Assembly (NCBI GenBank): GCA_037447605.1
Contig: CM074808.1
Coordinates: forward strand, 2,604,001 to 2,668,000
Reading direction: 5' to 3'
Length of the DNA: 64,000 bases
Source: Zygnema circumcarinatum SAG 698-1b
Lineage: Eukaryota > Plantae > Zygnematophyceae
Below, piece after piece: positions 12,994 to 25,779 of this stretch. The notes beneath the pieces were generated by a model. That model was not told the origin of the DNA, ran no database searches, and saw nothing but the letters and a program-made list of their open reading frames with translations. Position 1 is the stretch's first letter. Each line of letters opens with the position of its first letter. A program made the position numbers and the translations under genes.

Positions 12994-14648
12994 GGTTTCA
13001 CCAAGCTCCTCCTGATGACGAGCAGCGCCTTGGGCGGAAGCGGCGCCTCGCGGGGCAGCACTGAGCCAGCGCCAATAAAGCCGGGGCAGGTTTTTTTCTG
13101 AAAACCGAAACCCATTGTCCTAGTTTTGAGCGGGCGAGGTTGAAACCACGCGTGGCGGTTGTTTCAACAAAAAGGGTCGTCTTGGACTCTGCAAACCATG
13201 GGACAATGGGACATTGCCAACGGTAAAAAATCCTGAATCCACGCACATGGAAATCCAACGGTCATGTGGATAAGAGGTAGGCACACAGCGCATATCCAAC
13301 GGTTATTTTCGTGCATTCTCTCGCGCATGTACGTCGGTCGCACTATGGAAATATTGTCGCACCATTGAGAATTGGGTCGCACTATTGGAAACAGTGGTTT
13401 TTCTTGGAAACTAAGGACCAATACTCCAATGTACAATAATACGCACAAAATCATCAGGAAAGGTCTGCAGCTGAATTCGTCGGGGCTTGGCGAAATTCGC
13501 AAGTGCAGGCGGGCCATCATCCAGGCGTGAGGATGCAGGCCATGTTGGTGCCATCGGTGGGTGCACATTCACCTTCTGCATTTTCCTAGGGTATTTAGGA
13601 GCAATTTCTTATTTCTTCATTGAAAGGAGAACTCGTCAGGCAGGTGTGGACTATGAAGGATGGCCTCAACAGCTTGTTTTCATGCGGAGTCAATTCCAAC
13701 AAACCGTAAATTATAGCATCTGATGACCACGTGGCAAGTCGATCAGACTGATATTTAAACTAAAGCAAGATGCTGAGGTGTCGTTGCAGACTCTTAATAT
13801 GCCACGTGGAAGCACCCCAGTTGAAATAGGCCTCTGACTAGAACCGCAACGACGGCCACGTGGCCATTTCTATGAACTATGTATCCGTTGGTTCCACCCG
13901 AGAGGCGGAACGGCAATTGCAGATTCACAGTCTCAGGGCGCTGAATGAATGGTGCAGATCGCATGGAGGATTTGCAGCTTGTCATGGAGAGAGCGTGTCT
14001 GAAAGCCTGATATCTTTCACTACTGTCGTCACAAACAACCTTAGTCAAGTCAATCACGAGCCACTTGATTTGGCTTGGCTAGAACGATGACTTGCCTAGG
14101 ATTTACTTGGCTAACAGAAGGCCTGGCCTGGCTAAAGCTGTCATCGAAGGTGTGCTGGCGCGGGGAAATGTTGCATAGTCACAGAGTGTTCTGTCAACCG
14201 TAGGAGTCACAACATGCAGCCAACTGACAACGTCTACAGTCTCCCTTTCTGGTCGCCCCGCCAAACAGCCTCAAAGATCACATACATATTCATTTCTAGT
14301 GCTTCTTCTTTTTAACGCTGAACCATACACCAGCAAATGAACTCACTAGGTTGGCGTTGCCGACCGTACACCCGTACGACCTTTCGAAAATGCTTTATAG
14401 AACAGCCTGAATATTCAACTTTTTTAAATTTGAATTCTAAAACTTGAGTTTGCGTTTATAAAACCCATCTCTAATTACAAGCAAGCTTTGGCCAAAAAAG
14501 TAACGTCGATCGATACACTGCTGAAATGGCACAAAACTGAAAGCAATATCTCATTGTCCACAAAAAAAAATGAAAAAATGTTGTATTGCATTTGCACAGC
14601 TGCTCCAAAAATCGCAGTACAGAGCGCAGAGTCCCTCCCCCCTCCGCC

Positions 14649-17600
14649 CTACACAATGCGCTCGAGCTCCCGCGCGTACCCCAGCGTCTGCCGAATGAGC
14701 TGCAGGGAGGGGATCTCACTCCGCGGCACCTTCTCCCCTTCTCTCCGGAAATAAACACACCCATTTCGTATGTCCCAGGAGTGCTGCCATCCACGCCCCC
14801 TCCCAAAGACAAAGCATAAACCGCATGTTGCACAAATCGTCAAAGGAGCATTCACTGATAATAAGTTGATTGGATTTCATGGGAAAACAGAATTAACGAC
14901 AACTATCTCCCAAAAGCAAGAGGGTCTCTGCAAAGGAGATTCATGAAGGGGGCAAGGCAAATACGAGGCAAGACATTATAAAAGGAAGTTGACACTGAAA
15001 ACTGTAAGTTATTTTAGACTAGGTGAAGCCGAAATTTGCAGAAATAAAAAAATTCCAACGTGTCGTTCATCCACACTCAGGACACAGCGGAATCGACAAA
15101 GAGCAACAGATAAGGTAAAGGCTGTAGGTGCAGAGAAAGAGCGAAGAAAAAGGGCAGGAGAAAAAGGAAAAAAAAAAGAAAGCTGAAGAGGAAAGAGGGA
15201 ACGTGGGCATAAGCATGAAAAAAAAAGGAGAGCAAAGGGTAACAGAACGGCCTTTCTACGGACAAAAGCTTCAATAACTTGTGCGGAATATAGCTCGGTA
15301 GCTCATGCATTTTGGCCCAAGAGTTGAAGTCAACAAACACAGCATACTCCAATCTATTTTTGAGGACGACAAAATATTCAGCAACTTTACCAAAGTGAAT
15401 GCAATTGCCAATCCATCACAGAAACGGCAACTGCTTGACATCCAACAGCAGTTGCATCATAACCTCACCTGTTCTGCGTAGTCTCGAAAATCTTGATCAG
15501 TACTAATTGTCAGCAGCTTCTTCGCATCTGCTACCGTCAAAAACTCGTATGCTTTCGCACTGCAAGCCGCAATCTCATCCCTGCAGTTCATAACGGAAAG
15601 CGAGCTCAACACGAGTTTCTGTAGTCTTGTATCAGGACTCAGACAATAGATGCACAATCATAATGCCAGCAGGTTAAATCCCATGATGAGGGGATATGTT
15701 TGAATCACTGTGATTGAGCCCATTCTGTGACTGCAGCGGAAACTAAAACACACCAACGGCAGACATGCCAGAAGATGCAGAATCTTCATACAGACAGTTT
15801 CGTTGAAAACCCGACATAAAGTTTTTAAAGTTTTTTTAAAGTTTTTTCAAAGTTGGTGCAAACCTACTACCCTGTTGTTCGTCTGTGCCCAAAAAAAAAA
15901 CCTTTAAAGCAAGGAAACAACACGAGACGGAGCAATGGTTGAGCAAAATGGCAAGCTCACCTTGAGGCCAATAACATTCAAGTGCCAATGCTCTTCATAC
16001 AACAATAGGTTACTTACCGAACAGTGTGCACAAGCAAATCCATAAAGTAGAGGTAAGAGGGATCTGGGACACGTTGTCGCGCATTGAGAATACGGTTGTA
16101 TGCTCCTTCCATGAGGGCCTGCTCAAGCTCAATAGCATGGCGAATGCACGGATTTCCCTGCATCCCTGACGATAGTAGCTCAAGCTCTGTATGGAACTCT
16201 GCAATACGGTTTTGAACCAGGAGGCGGAGAAGGTTGAGCCCAAGGATGGGGGCCTCTTGTGGAGAAGGGGGCAGCAAGTGTCTGCATAACCACGCCATAT
16301 GATCGGGAATGAGTGAACCATCTGCAGATGACAAGCTCCATCCTGCAACTCTTACTCCCAAAAAACTTCTTACTTTCCAGCTTCACCACTAAACGACATG
16401 TTCCAGTCCATCTTAAAGTCAGTCACGACACAAAGCAAGAGTTGCTTCCTCAACGGCAATTAATCCGCAAGGAAGACAAGGAACAGGTGGATGTAACTCC
16501 ATCCCATCCATTAACCAATCAAACACAAGCATCTACCGACAATTCATTTTGCGGGATTTACTGTATATTCGGATGGGAAGTGAGCAGCCATCAAAGTTCT
16601 TCAACTAAAATGACAGCAGTAGCAAAGCAAACACTGAAAGGAAGGGACACGATAAGGATAAAATCCTATGTCAACAATACAACACAATCATGGCCCTCTT
16701 TAATAAGCAAAAGTCCCTTCAAACAGGCCAAGGTAAGGGTCGTGTCGTGTCCCATCTGATCGGATGGCTGAAGGCAAGAAGGGTGCGAAACTAACCGGGT
16801 ATCAGTGTAATAAGTCTTCAGCTGTAAAAAGTTGCGCTCAAAAGCAGATTCATCTTCTCTCTTTACACTTAGAATGACAGCACGCTCCAAAATCTCTCCT
16901 ACGCCCACCATCGTGCGGAGCAACCCAAATTAGCCCCAATTACCCGAAATCTCGGCCAAACGAAAGCTGCAAATTTTCAGCATTTTTTCCTGCAGATGCA
17001 ATTCAACGGCTTCAAGACTTTAGGTGGACATTGTCGACGCAGAAAGCCGAACTCATTAGTGCGCCTAACAAGGTATTTCCATCTTTTTTTGAAGACATCT
17101 CAAGGTTCTACAAACACGATCAGGAACAGAAAAGTCGTTCATGTAGGATGCCATACTTGCCAACAAAAGCTCCTGCTGTGCAGTCGGGGAGGGTTGGTAA
17201 AGTGGCGGAAGGGCAGGAAATTCTGTTAATTTAAGCTGCGAAATGAGACGGAAAATAGAAAAAAAAGTTGGAAAATGGCTTATTAAAAGGAGCAGACTCA
17301 TGCCATCTGTATGCAGTTAAGTTTGGAGCTAGCGAAAGAATAACGGAAATCCCGTCGGAAAATTCCGTCCGACAAGACGAAGCGTAAAGAACAACGAAAG
17401 AAAAAGAAATGCTCTACTCAACGTCATAGGCAACTGGAATGGGGAGTACAATCGCCACCCCATTTAGACAGGCAAAATTAGGTGCGACATGACCCTGAAC
17501 TCTGAACTCTGCTTTGGCCATCGCAACCCTCCAGGTAGCAGAGGACGCGCAGAGCACGGAGCTGTACCTTCAATTTTCCGAGAAGATCGTTGCACGTCTC

Positions 17601-17678
17601 CAGCTCTGCCTTCTCCAAGCTTCTCTTGAAACGGTCAAAAAGGTCTTGCGCCTCCTTCAAGCTCCCCGCCATAGCCAT
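14649..17678 (-). CDS. RPN12: 26S proteasome non-ATPase regulatory subunit 8 (RPN12), 6 exons, 267 aa
   Basis: Exons 17678-17568, 17235-17157, 16898-16796, 16281-16018, 15580-15469 and 14783-14649 total 804 nt. Motifs: FERNFLQLKTYYTD, ILGLNLLRLLVQNRIAEFHTELE, LEQALMEGAYN, EIPSLQLIRQTLGYARELERIV. Confidence 0.97.
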
Positions 17679-18299
17679 TGCAATTTTTTACACACTTCCA
17701 CCCTCCTGCCTGTAGAATGGAGCAGAGAGAGACGCACAAGCAAAATCTGCAGCACAAGGAGAGCAGAACGGCTCACAGAGGACCGGCAACCCTAAGTTTG
17801 AGAGAACCAGGAGTGCAGCAGAGGAGAGTAGAGCTCTGCAACTGAACCGTCGCTTCCAGCGCCAGCCGGCAACCCTAAATTTCCTCGTTTCTATGCACTT
17901 GACAGCCGTCCAGTTCCGTCGAACAGTCCCCGTCGCGCCTTGGCGCGTGGCCCAGCATGGAACGGTTCCGCCTCTCCGCCACCCCGCTGCGCAGTACCTA
18001 TGTCCAATCTGTCCAATCTGCCGGGCAGATTTAAAACATTTTTAGTTTCCCTTGCCCGTGCCCGCCGGGCTGCCCCGCGCCCATACCGAGCTCAGCATTC
18101 AGCAGTTACTTAGGCGAAAGTTGTTTCCAGTTTTGTTTATTAGCTGGAAACGAAATAGTTTCGGTTTCCACATTTTGCTTTGTTCATTGAGTTTCGCCAT
18201 CGCGAGTTCAATGAAAGTTTCTCCCAAAATTCCACCCACGCAACGAAACTATTGAACTCGCTGGACATGGCGAGGCCATCAAATTTACATGGATAAAGG

Positions 18300-21200
18300 C
18301 AAATGTGGAACCATCAAGGACCGGCCACAAAGGACCTAAAACACAATAAAACGGCTAGAGCGAAAACTACGCCAGGGAAGCACAACAACGCAGCCCTAGA
18401 AGCAGCCGCGCTAAGGTCACCGGCGTGAGGCACGTCATGAGGAGGGGAGCGCGAAGTCCACCAACACGGTCACCAACAACCGCGAACACGCCGAAGAGCT
18501 GCAGGTTGGTGCAACGCCGGCGGGCGACGGAAATACGCTTGTCGCATAAAAGGTGTAGCCAAGATCGCCGAGGAGGGCTTCCGGCCGCGGTATCCGAAGA
18601 GCCGGCGGGCGACCGGGCTGCTGAAGGTATCCAAACGCGCCGAGGCAAACAAAAATCTCAATACCATAGAACAAACCTGCCGTCGCATCACGGTGAGCAT
18701 ATGCACGCTTCCCGCGGCGGGGTCGCGATCGCTGAAGCAAAACGTACCACTTTCATGATGTGTCGTGACGCGACAATAAATCGCCACGGGTTGGATCGCC
18801 AACACAATATCCCCTAAAAATACGCCGGCACCATCCATAAGCAGTTTAAATCAGGCTTAACTCAAGGCCGCCAATGTAATAGTCGGGTCAGGGACACTGT
18901 GTGGTTTCTACCCTCGCCGCATAAGGTAGTTACTTTCTTGAGCCACCGCGCGACCGCGATCGCGCGACAACATTATGAGCTAAAATGCTGCTTCCGCCTC
19001 GCGCTACATCGGCGCAGATGAACGCTTCCCGCTGCATCAATCGAATCACCACAAACACACAACGAGGAGAACCCCGCAATGGCGGACGGGGAGCCCGAGA
19101 CGGTCGCTACCGCAGTCGAAATCGCCTCGGGTCAAACGAAGGGTGGAAAATATCGGGTAACAGCCCAACCAAGCCCCGTACTTCAGACTCCGCATTGAGC
19201 GGTTTCAGCACGCCGCAAATACCGCGAAAGAGCCGCATAGCGGTAGAGAACTCAACAAAGAACAACCTCATCACCAAAGAGCTGGATTAATGCGGAATGC
19301 ACTACCCGGCAAAGTTTAAACAAACGGGGCGCACGAAGCCCGGAAAGCACTAGCAGAAGCAAAACCACTGGGCGCCACGCATCTAACCCTAAACTAAGAT
19401 CACCATCATCAACATGAGCTTAATAACAGACAAGGCAAATCTGACGCATCACCACAATAAAACGCTAAGCCAAAATAGAGCAACGAGCCCAACTACCCAA
19501 AAACGCTGTATTTACACTAATTGTCGGATGAAAGTCCTAAACCGCCTGGCCAAATGGTTTGTGCTTGCGTGACGCAGTAAGCGACCCGTCGATCGAAAAT
19601 ACCGTGACCCAAAAAGGCGCATGACATACGTAAACAAACGCCATCTAAAGATTGCAATGACTAAGGAGCAGGGTTAGGAGGGAGAGTTCGCAAAAGGTAA
19701 TGACGCGACGCAAAGAAAAACAACGCAGTAAGCAAAGAAAAAGCCACCAGGATCCGAAGATGGAAGCTCATCGACCAGACGCATCCTCAACCAAAGCATC
19801 ATCAACAAAACGATCAACATAAGATGCAACGCCAAAGGGCGTACTTAAAACACGTAATACCACCCATCAAGACAAGTCCGATACCACAAGGGAGCCTAAA
19901 GGGTAGAAGGGATACCAACCGGTGACCAAGCAAAACACTTCACAAATTTACATCAATAAAACGCATAGCGCCAATCGAGTAGTAAATCAAGAACGCGCAA
20001 CGATTCGGTCAAGAAAGGCTAATGATATGAGTATCGCCGCCACCGGGATGGAAAAAAGGCGTTCCAGGCCGGAAGCTCGCTGATCAATGTGCCAAAGCTA
20101 ACAAAGGACCTCCTAGCGGTCGCCTTTGAAGTGGTCCCGTCGCAGACTCCAAGGTCGCCACTCCACCGCATTTATCGCCAAGAGGAAAAGGAGCGGCTCA
20201 ACGAGAATAAAATGTGCGCACAAAAGGAAAAAAGGGACGCATCGTGCAAAATTTCGTAACCGCTAAAATCTCTAAGGACGCATCCAATCGTATTAAAAGC
20301 GCTTGGTCACATCAACCCGCAAAACAACCCAATCGTGGTGAAGATCCAACGTCAGCATCTAATGCCATGAACTACGGGTTCTCAAGATTCCCTGTGGGTC
20401 GCTACACTAAAATCGTAAGGGGAAAATGATCCCGGAAGGCCCTCGTGAATCGAAAACACATAGCGCCGAAAGCAACTACATACAAAACCCTCCCTACGGC
20501 TAAGGGCTTAATCCCCCTGTGCTTGGCAAGGGCAACCAAACGAGCTGACGTAAGAATATGACTCACGGACGAGGGAACACGACCCTGCGATATGACACAA
20601 GCAAGCTGAAAAAGCAAACCAAACCCACTATCCCCGGTGTCTGGAGAAAACACATCACGAAGCAACTCACATAAACCATGCCCGGCGTCCCCCGCAGACA
20701 AATGAGGGAGCGAGTGTTACCAATGAAAGCGCACGACGCGCCAAACGAAGTCGACAGCTCAAAGTGTTTAGATGAAGGAAGGGATCCACAAAGCATCCGG
20801 ATGGAGAGTCCGGGCTACGCATCCAAAGTACGCGGTTGGCCGCCAAGCGAAGGGTCCGGCAAGAGCGCGAAAGTACAGACAACTCGCGACGTCGACCAAT
20901 CGCCGACGCATGTCGGCCGAAGCCCGGAAGGGAGGTATGGCGAAGAAGGCAGACGCCGGTTGCGGCGGCACGACACGCGCATCGGGCCGCGTTCGGCCCG
21001 CAAAAGCTCCCAATCCCCACCTAAAATCTAAGATATCGGCCGACGGTCTCGCTGAACGGCCGCCCACCAATGCAGGGGCAAAATTAAAACCCAAAGGGGA
21101 AAAAAGAAGAAGGACATGCTAAGCAAAAGAACACCGGATGGATCACACGAAGACGCAGCAAGAGGCAAACGAAGCATCACGTAACACAAACACGCAAAGC

Positions 21201-22260
21201 CCGTGGGATACGAGCGTAAAGACGAGGACGACGGGACCCAACAAAAAACGACCCAAGGACATCTAAAGACCGAGCATACGCCCAAGCAGCCGGACTAGGC
21301 CCAACATGCAAAGTAGACCCAGGGGTGGCAGTGACGGGTAGAGAAGAAGAGGAGTAGAAGAAGGGTCGACAATGGAGGAGGACTAAGAGGACACGCTACA
21401 AGATATGCCGGGGACAAACCCAAGACCCCCGACCAAAACACTTCCACAATGATCACAAGGAACCCGGGAGAGGCCTGGGCGAGCAAAGGGAGGGGAAGTG
21501 CTATGAAGAGGGAAGAACGGACAGAGGGGAAGAAGAATGGCCAGATGACAAGGTAAGGGGGTGGGAAGGGGAAGGGGAATGAGAGGAGCGACGAAGAGGC
21601 ATGACGAAGGAGAAGGGAATGGATGAGGGAAGGAAGCGGGTGGGCAGGAGGAGGAGGGAAAGGAGTAGGAAGAGAGAAAGGGAAGGGGCAGGGAAAGGGA
21701 GGGAGAGGAAAGAGGAGAAAGGAATGGCGAGAGGAATAGGGCGGAAAAAGAAGGGAAAGGGAAAGGATAGGGAAGGGGATGGAGGAAGGGGGGAGTACAG
21801 AGGAAGGGGAGGGAAAGAAAGGGAGAGAGAGGCGGGGAGGAAAAGGGGAAGGAAGAGGAGGAAGAAAGGCAGGGAAAAGAGAAGAAGAGGGGAGAAAGAA
21901 AAGGGGGAATACGGGAAAGGAGGAAGGGGATGGGAAGGAAGGGGAGGGAGGGAAAGAGGAAAGGAGAGGAGGAGAAGCAGGGAGGAAAGAGGGAAGGGAA
22001 AGGAAGGGAGAAAAGGAAGGGGAGGGAAATATAGAGAAGAGGGGGGGAGAAAGAGGAAAAAGGAAAGGACAAAGGAAGGGATTGGAAGGAAGGGATAGAG
22101 AAAGCAGAGAGGTGGAGGAATAAGTAAAGTAAGGGAAAGAAGGGACCAGGGAGGCGACGGGAAGGGAGAAGGGAAAGGAAGGAGAAAAACAGCAGAAAAA
22201 GGGTGGAAAGGGCATAAAAGGCGAGAGCAGCTCAAAACGAAGAAGCACAAGGACGAAGAA
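18300..22260 (-). mobile_element. Decayed CRE/SLACS-like non-LTR retrotransposon (RT plus restriction-like endonuclease remnants)
   Basis: Minus-strand remnants: ELLRDVF...VISQGRVPSSVSHILTSARLVALAKHRGIKPLAVG (20700-20490), a frameshifted DVT(N)AFNTI (~20310-20285), SRHD (~18775) and RPEALLGDLG (~18590). A long polypyrimidine tract lies on the sense strand upstream. Many frameshifts; boundaries are approximate. Confidence 0.75.
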
Positions 22261-22461
22261 TGCCTTCCTTTCCTTAAAATCCTAAAATTGGTTTTTAAAG
22301 TCAGTTTTAATTCTTCATACTTGTCACGTCATATGTTGCCGCGACCAATCGTCGCTCCGCGTTTTGCGCCCTTACACCTTGTAGACGCGCGCGCTTCGTA
22401 CTGTACTATACATTCAAATCACCATCCGTACATCCGACGAAAAAAGGTCTGTATAAGGCCC

Positions 22462-23561
22462 ACATCCCTATCCCTTCCCTTCCAATCCCTTCCTTTGTCC
22501 TGCCCCTTCCTTTTCCTTCTCCCCCCCCCCTTCTCATTTCCCCTCCCCTTCCTTTCTCCCTTCCCTTCCCTTCCCTCTTTCCTCCCCGTTTCTCCTCCTC
22601 TCCTTTCCTTTCCCTCCTCCCTTCCTTTCCCATCCCCTTCCTTTCCCGTATTCCCCCCATTCTTCCCCCTTCTCTCTTCTCTTTCCTGTCCCTTCTCTTC
22701 CCTCCTCTTCCCTTCCCTTTCCCCCCCCCCCGCCTCCTCTCCCTTTCTTTCCCTCCTCCCCCTCCCCCCTCCCCTCCCCCCCCCTCCCCTTTCCTTTCCC
22801 CCCTCCCTTCCTTTCCCTTCCCCTCTTCCCCTCCCCCTTCCTTTCCTTTCCCCCCCCCCCCCTTCCAGTCCCTTCCCTTCTCTTCCCTACCCTTCCCTCC
22901 CCTTTCTCCTCCCCGCCCACCCGCTTCCCTTCCCTCCTCCATTCCCTTCTCCTTCGTCATGCCTCTTAGGTAGCTCCTCCTGGTTCCTTCCCCCTTCCCA
23001 CCTTGCGCTTGTCATCTGGCTGTTGCTCTTCCCCTCTGTCCGTTCTTCCCCTCTTCCTTCTTCCCCTCCATTTTCCTTGAGGCCTCTCCCGGGTTCCTTG
23101 TGATCATTGTGGAAATTGTTTTGGTCAGGGTCGCGGGTTTGTCGGCATATCGCAGCGGCGTACCACTCTTAGTCCCTCCTCCATTGTCGACCCTTAGCTT
23201 CTACTCCCTCTTCTTCTACTGCGAATCCACTTTGCAGCCCCACGGGTCTACTTTGCATGTTGGGCCTAGTCCGGCTGCTTGGGCGTATGCTCGGTCTTTA
23301 GATGTCCTTGGGTCGTTTTTTGTTGGGTCCCGTCGTCCTCGTCTTTAAGCTCGTATACCACGGGCTTTTCGTGTTTGTGTTAGTGATTCTTTTCGTTTGC
23401 CTCTTGCTCGTCTTTCGTGTGATCCATCAGATATTCTTTGCTTGGCATGTCTTCTTCTTTCCCCACTTTGAGTTTAATTTGCCCGTGGTGGGGCCGGCGC
23501 CGTTAACGAGAGACCCGTGGCCCGATGTCTTCGTTTTTGGGTGGGGATTGGGAGCTTTGGT
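22462..23561 (+). mobile_element. Second, oppositely oriented copy of the 5' part of the same element, running into a 100-N gap
   Basis: Diverged reverse complement of ~20997-22095. Example: gacatgctaagcaaaagaac...ggatcacacgaagac at 21114 versus gtctttcgtgtgatcc...tctttgcttggcatgtc at 23410-23452. Confidence 0.85.
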
Positions 23562-24789
23562 NNNNNNNNNNNNNNNNNNNNNNNNNNNNNNNNNNNNNNN
23601 NNNNNNNNNNNNNNNNNNNNNNNNNNNNNNNNNNNNNNNNNNNNNNNNNNNNNNNNNNNNNTTGAAGATCGCCTCACCGCCCTCAATGCACACGTGACTA
23701 CGGCATCTCCTTCGCGTACCCTTCCGCCACGAGGTTGCTTTCTAAGTCTAAAACGGGCTGGAAGATATCAGCTTCAGCATGGGAGAATTCACCATTCACT
23801 GCCGTCTGCATGGACGACGCAGAGGCGCACTTTATACTTTAGGCTCATTCATCGACATCAGTACAACGCAATCGAGAAATAGGATAAGAGGAAGCAGAGT
23901 AATAGAAATGAGGATTCTACAAAACCCAGTGTCACTCAAACTTCATCAATATTGCAAGAAGCTTTGATTAGAGAGAGGGGCAAAAATAGTAAGGTATTAA
24001 GGCCAGCATGAACAAGCATTGCTGCGCCTAACGATTAAATATTCTGTTTTGTAAAGATTACTTCGTCTTGCTCGCCAAACCCAAAGATTCCAATAAGCAA
24101 GCACGTACCAGTCATAACACACACTTAAATGCTCATTTTGGAGCAGAGGGATTCCCAGCAAACTTTCTTATTTTATTTGAATAAACACTATTAGAGAAAG
24201 GCGGAGTGAATAAGCGTGCAAAAGAGGAAACGATAACGGGATAAAAACGGAGACGAAGGCCTCAAAGGACAATCAGACATCAAACGGTGAAAAAAGACGA
24301 AGTCAAAAAAAAAATAGCATAATATTACAACGTGATTCTGAAGGCATATACATAGTGATACTATGACTGTCTCTTTATCTCTGCACCTAATTGAGTAGGT
24401 AAGACGCTGCCGAAACCACAAGAGGTCACGGGCTTGACCCTTGCTTGCCTTGCCCTTGCAAGGGATCTCTTTTTGATTGAACCGGTCATCCGTCTTTTTG
24501 ATTGTAGCGAAAAGCGGACCAATTGACATACGGATCTTGCGTACGGACCAACTAAAATATGGATCTTGGCTAGATTGCCGCCACACGTCGACACGCCGCG
24601 TCGCGGCACAACATGTGAGATGCGGCGGACGACATGTGAAATGTAACGATACTTTAGACAGGTCTGGTCTTTACAGTACAAATTGTTAGAACTAACTCTG
24701 TCAGACCTAGTCGTACGCCACTATACAATGGCGCGCCGTGGGATACGACGAGACCACAAATTTATCCTTAGCCGATAACTCAAGACTCA

Positions 24790-25560
24790 TTTTGTTGTTG
24801 CTACTTTAGTTGTTGCTGTTACTCTTGTTACTGCTATTGTCTTGTTGTGTTGCTGTTGTTACTTTTACTTTTTCTACAATTATGTTGATTGTGACAAGAA
24901 TGGAGGACTGTTCTACATTTGAGTTACAAACAAGCAATGAAGTGAGACATAACAATTGTCTTATTATTGTTATTGGCTCTTGTTGTTGTTGTTGTTATTA
25001 TTATTGTGATTGCTTGTGCTGAAACCCACAAAACATTTAAGGTTTTAATGGTTTAAACGTTTTAGAGTGTTTTAAGGTTTTAAGGTTTTTGGCGTTAGGA
25101 TCAATTCACCCTCGCCCTCCGTACAAATGTCTAGCGAGTGAACTAACCCTAATGCCAAAAACCGTAAAACCCTTAAACACTTTAAAACCCTTAAACCACT
25201 AAAACCCTAAATACCCTATGGGTTCCAACACAAACAATCACAATAATAATAACAACAACAACAATGAGAACCAATAACAATAATAAAGCAATTGGTATGT
25301 CTCACTTTATTGCTTGTTTGTAACTCAAATGTAGAACAATCCTCTATTTTTGTCACAACTGGCACAATTGCTAAATGCGAATACAACATAATTGACAATT
25401 TATGAGCAAAAAAGTTACTAATTATAACAATCATACAATTCAGTATTACACATTACTATTGAGAAAACACCAACAACAAAAAAAGTAAAAGCAACAACAG
25501 CAACACAATAAGACAATAACAGCAAGAGGAACAACAACAACAACAAAACTAACAACAACA
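24790..25560. repeat. Fold-back inverted repeat centred at ~25125, with degenerate telomere-like repeats flanking the centre
   Basis: Arms ~24790-25115 and ~25134-25560. ggtttttggcgttagg (25084) pairs with cctaatgccaaaaacc (25148) at 15/16. Central loop is about 18 nt. Confidence 0.9.
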
Positions 25561-25779
25561 AAACAAAAAACAACTAAATAAACATTAAAAATAACAAAAA
25601 GGTTGTTATATCTCACCTCATGGTTAATTTGTAACACAAATGTCGTAAAATCCTCCATTATCGTCACAATAGGCACAATTGCTTACTATGAATACAACAT
25701 AGTTGACACTTTATAAACAAAAGAACCTGCAATCGTAATAATGATGCTAATAACTATTGAACACCACTATTGACAAAAC

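Noticed and set aside
13091-13098. Programmed -1 frameshift at the A7 run of APP1
   Set aside because: In the upstream ATG frame the heptamer is G AAA AAA, not a canonical X XXY YYZ site, and no stimulatory structure was established.
13487-14090. Short ORFs between APP1 and RPN12
   Set aside because: No homology recognised and no consistent exon chain.
21295-23103. Long F/P/L/S-rich and G/R/E/K-rich ORFs
   Set aside because: These are artefacts of polypurine/polypyrimidine low complexity.
23662-24700. Possible L1-type C-terminal remnants (WNLWVWR, LLWFRQR) on the minus strand
   Set aside because: The motifs are too short and discontinuous to support a call.
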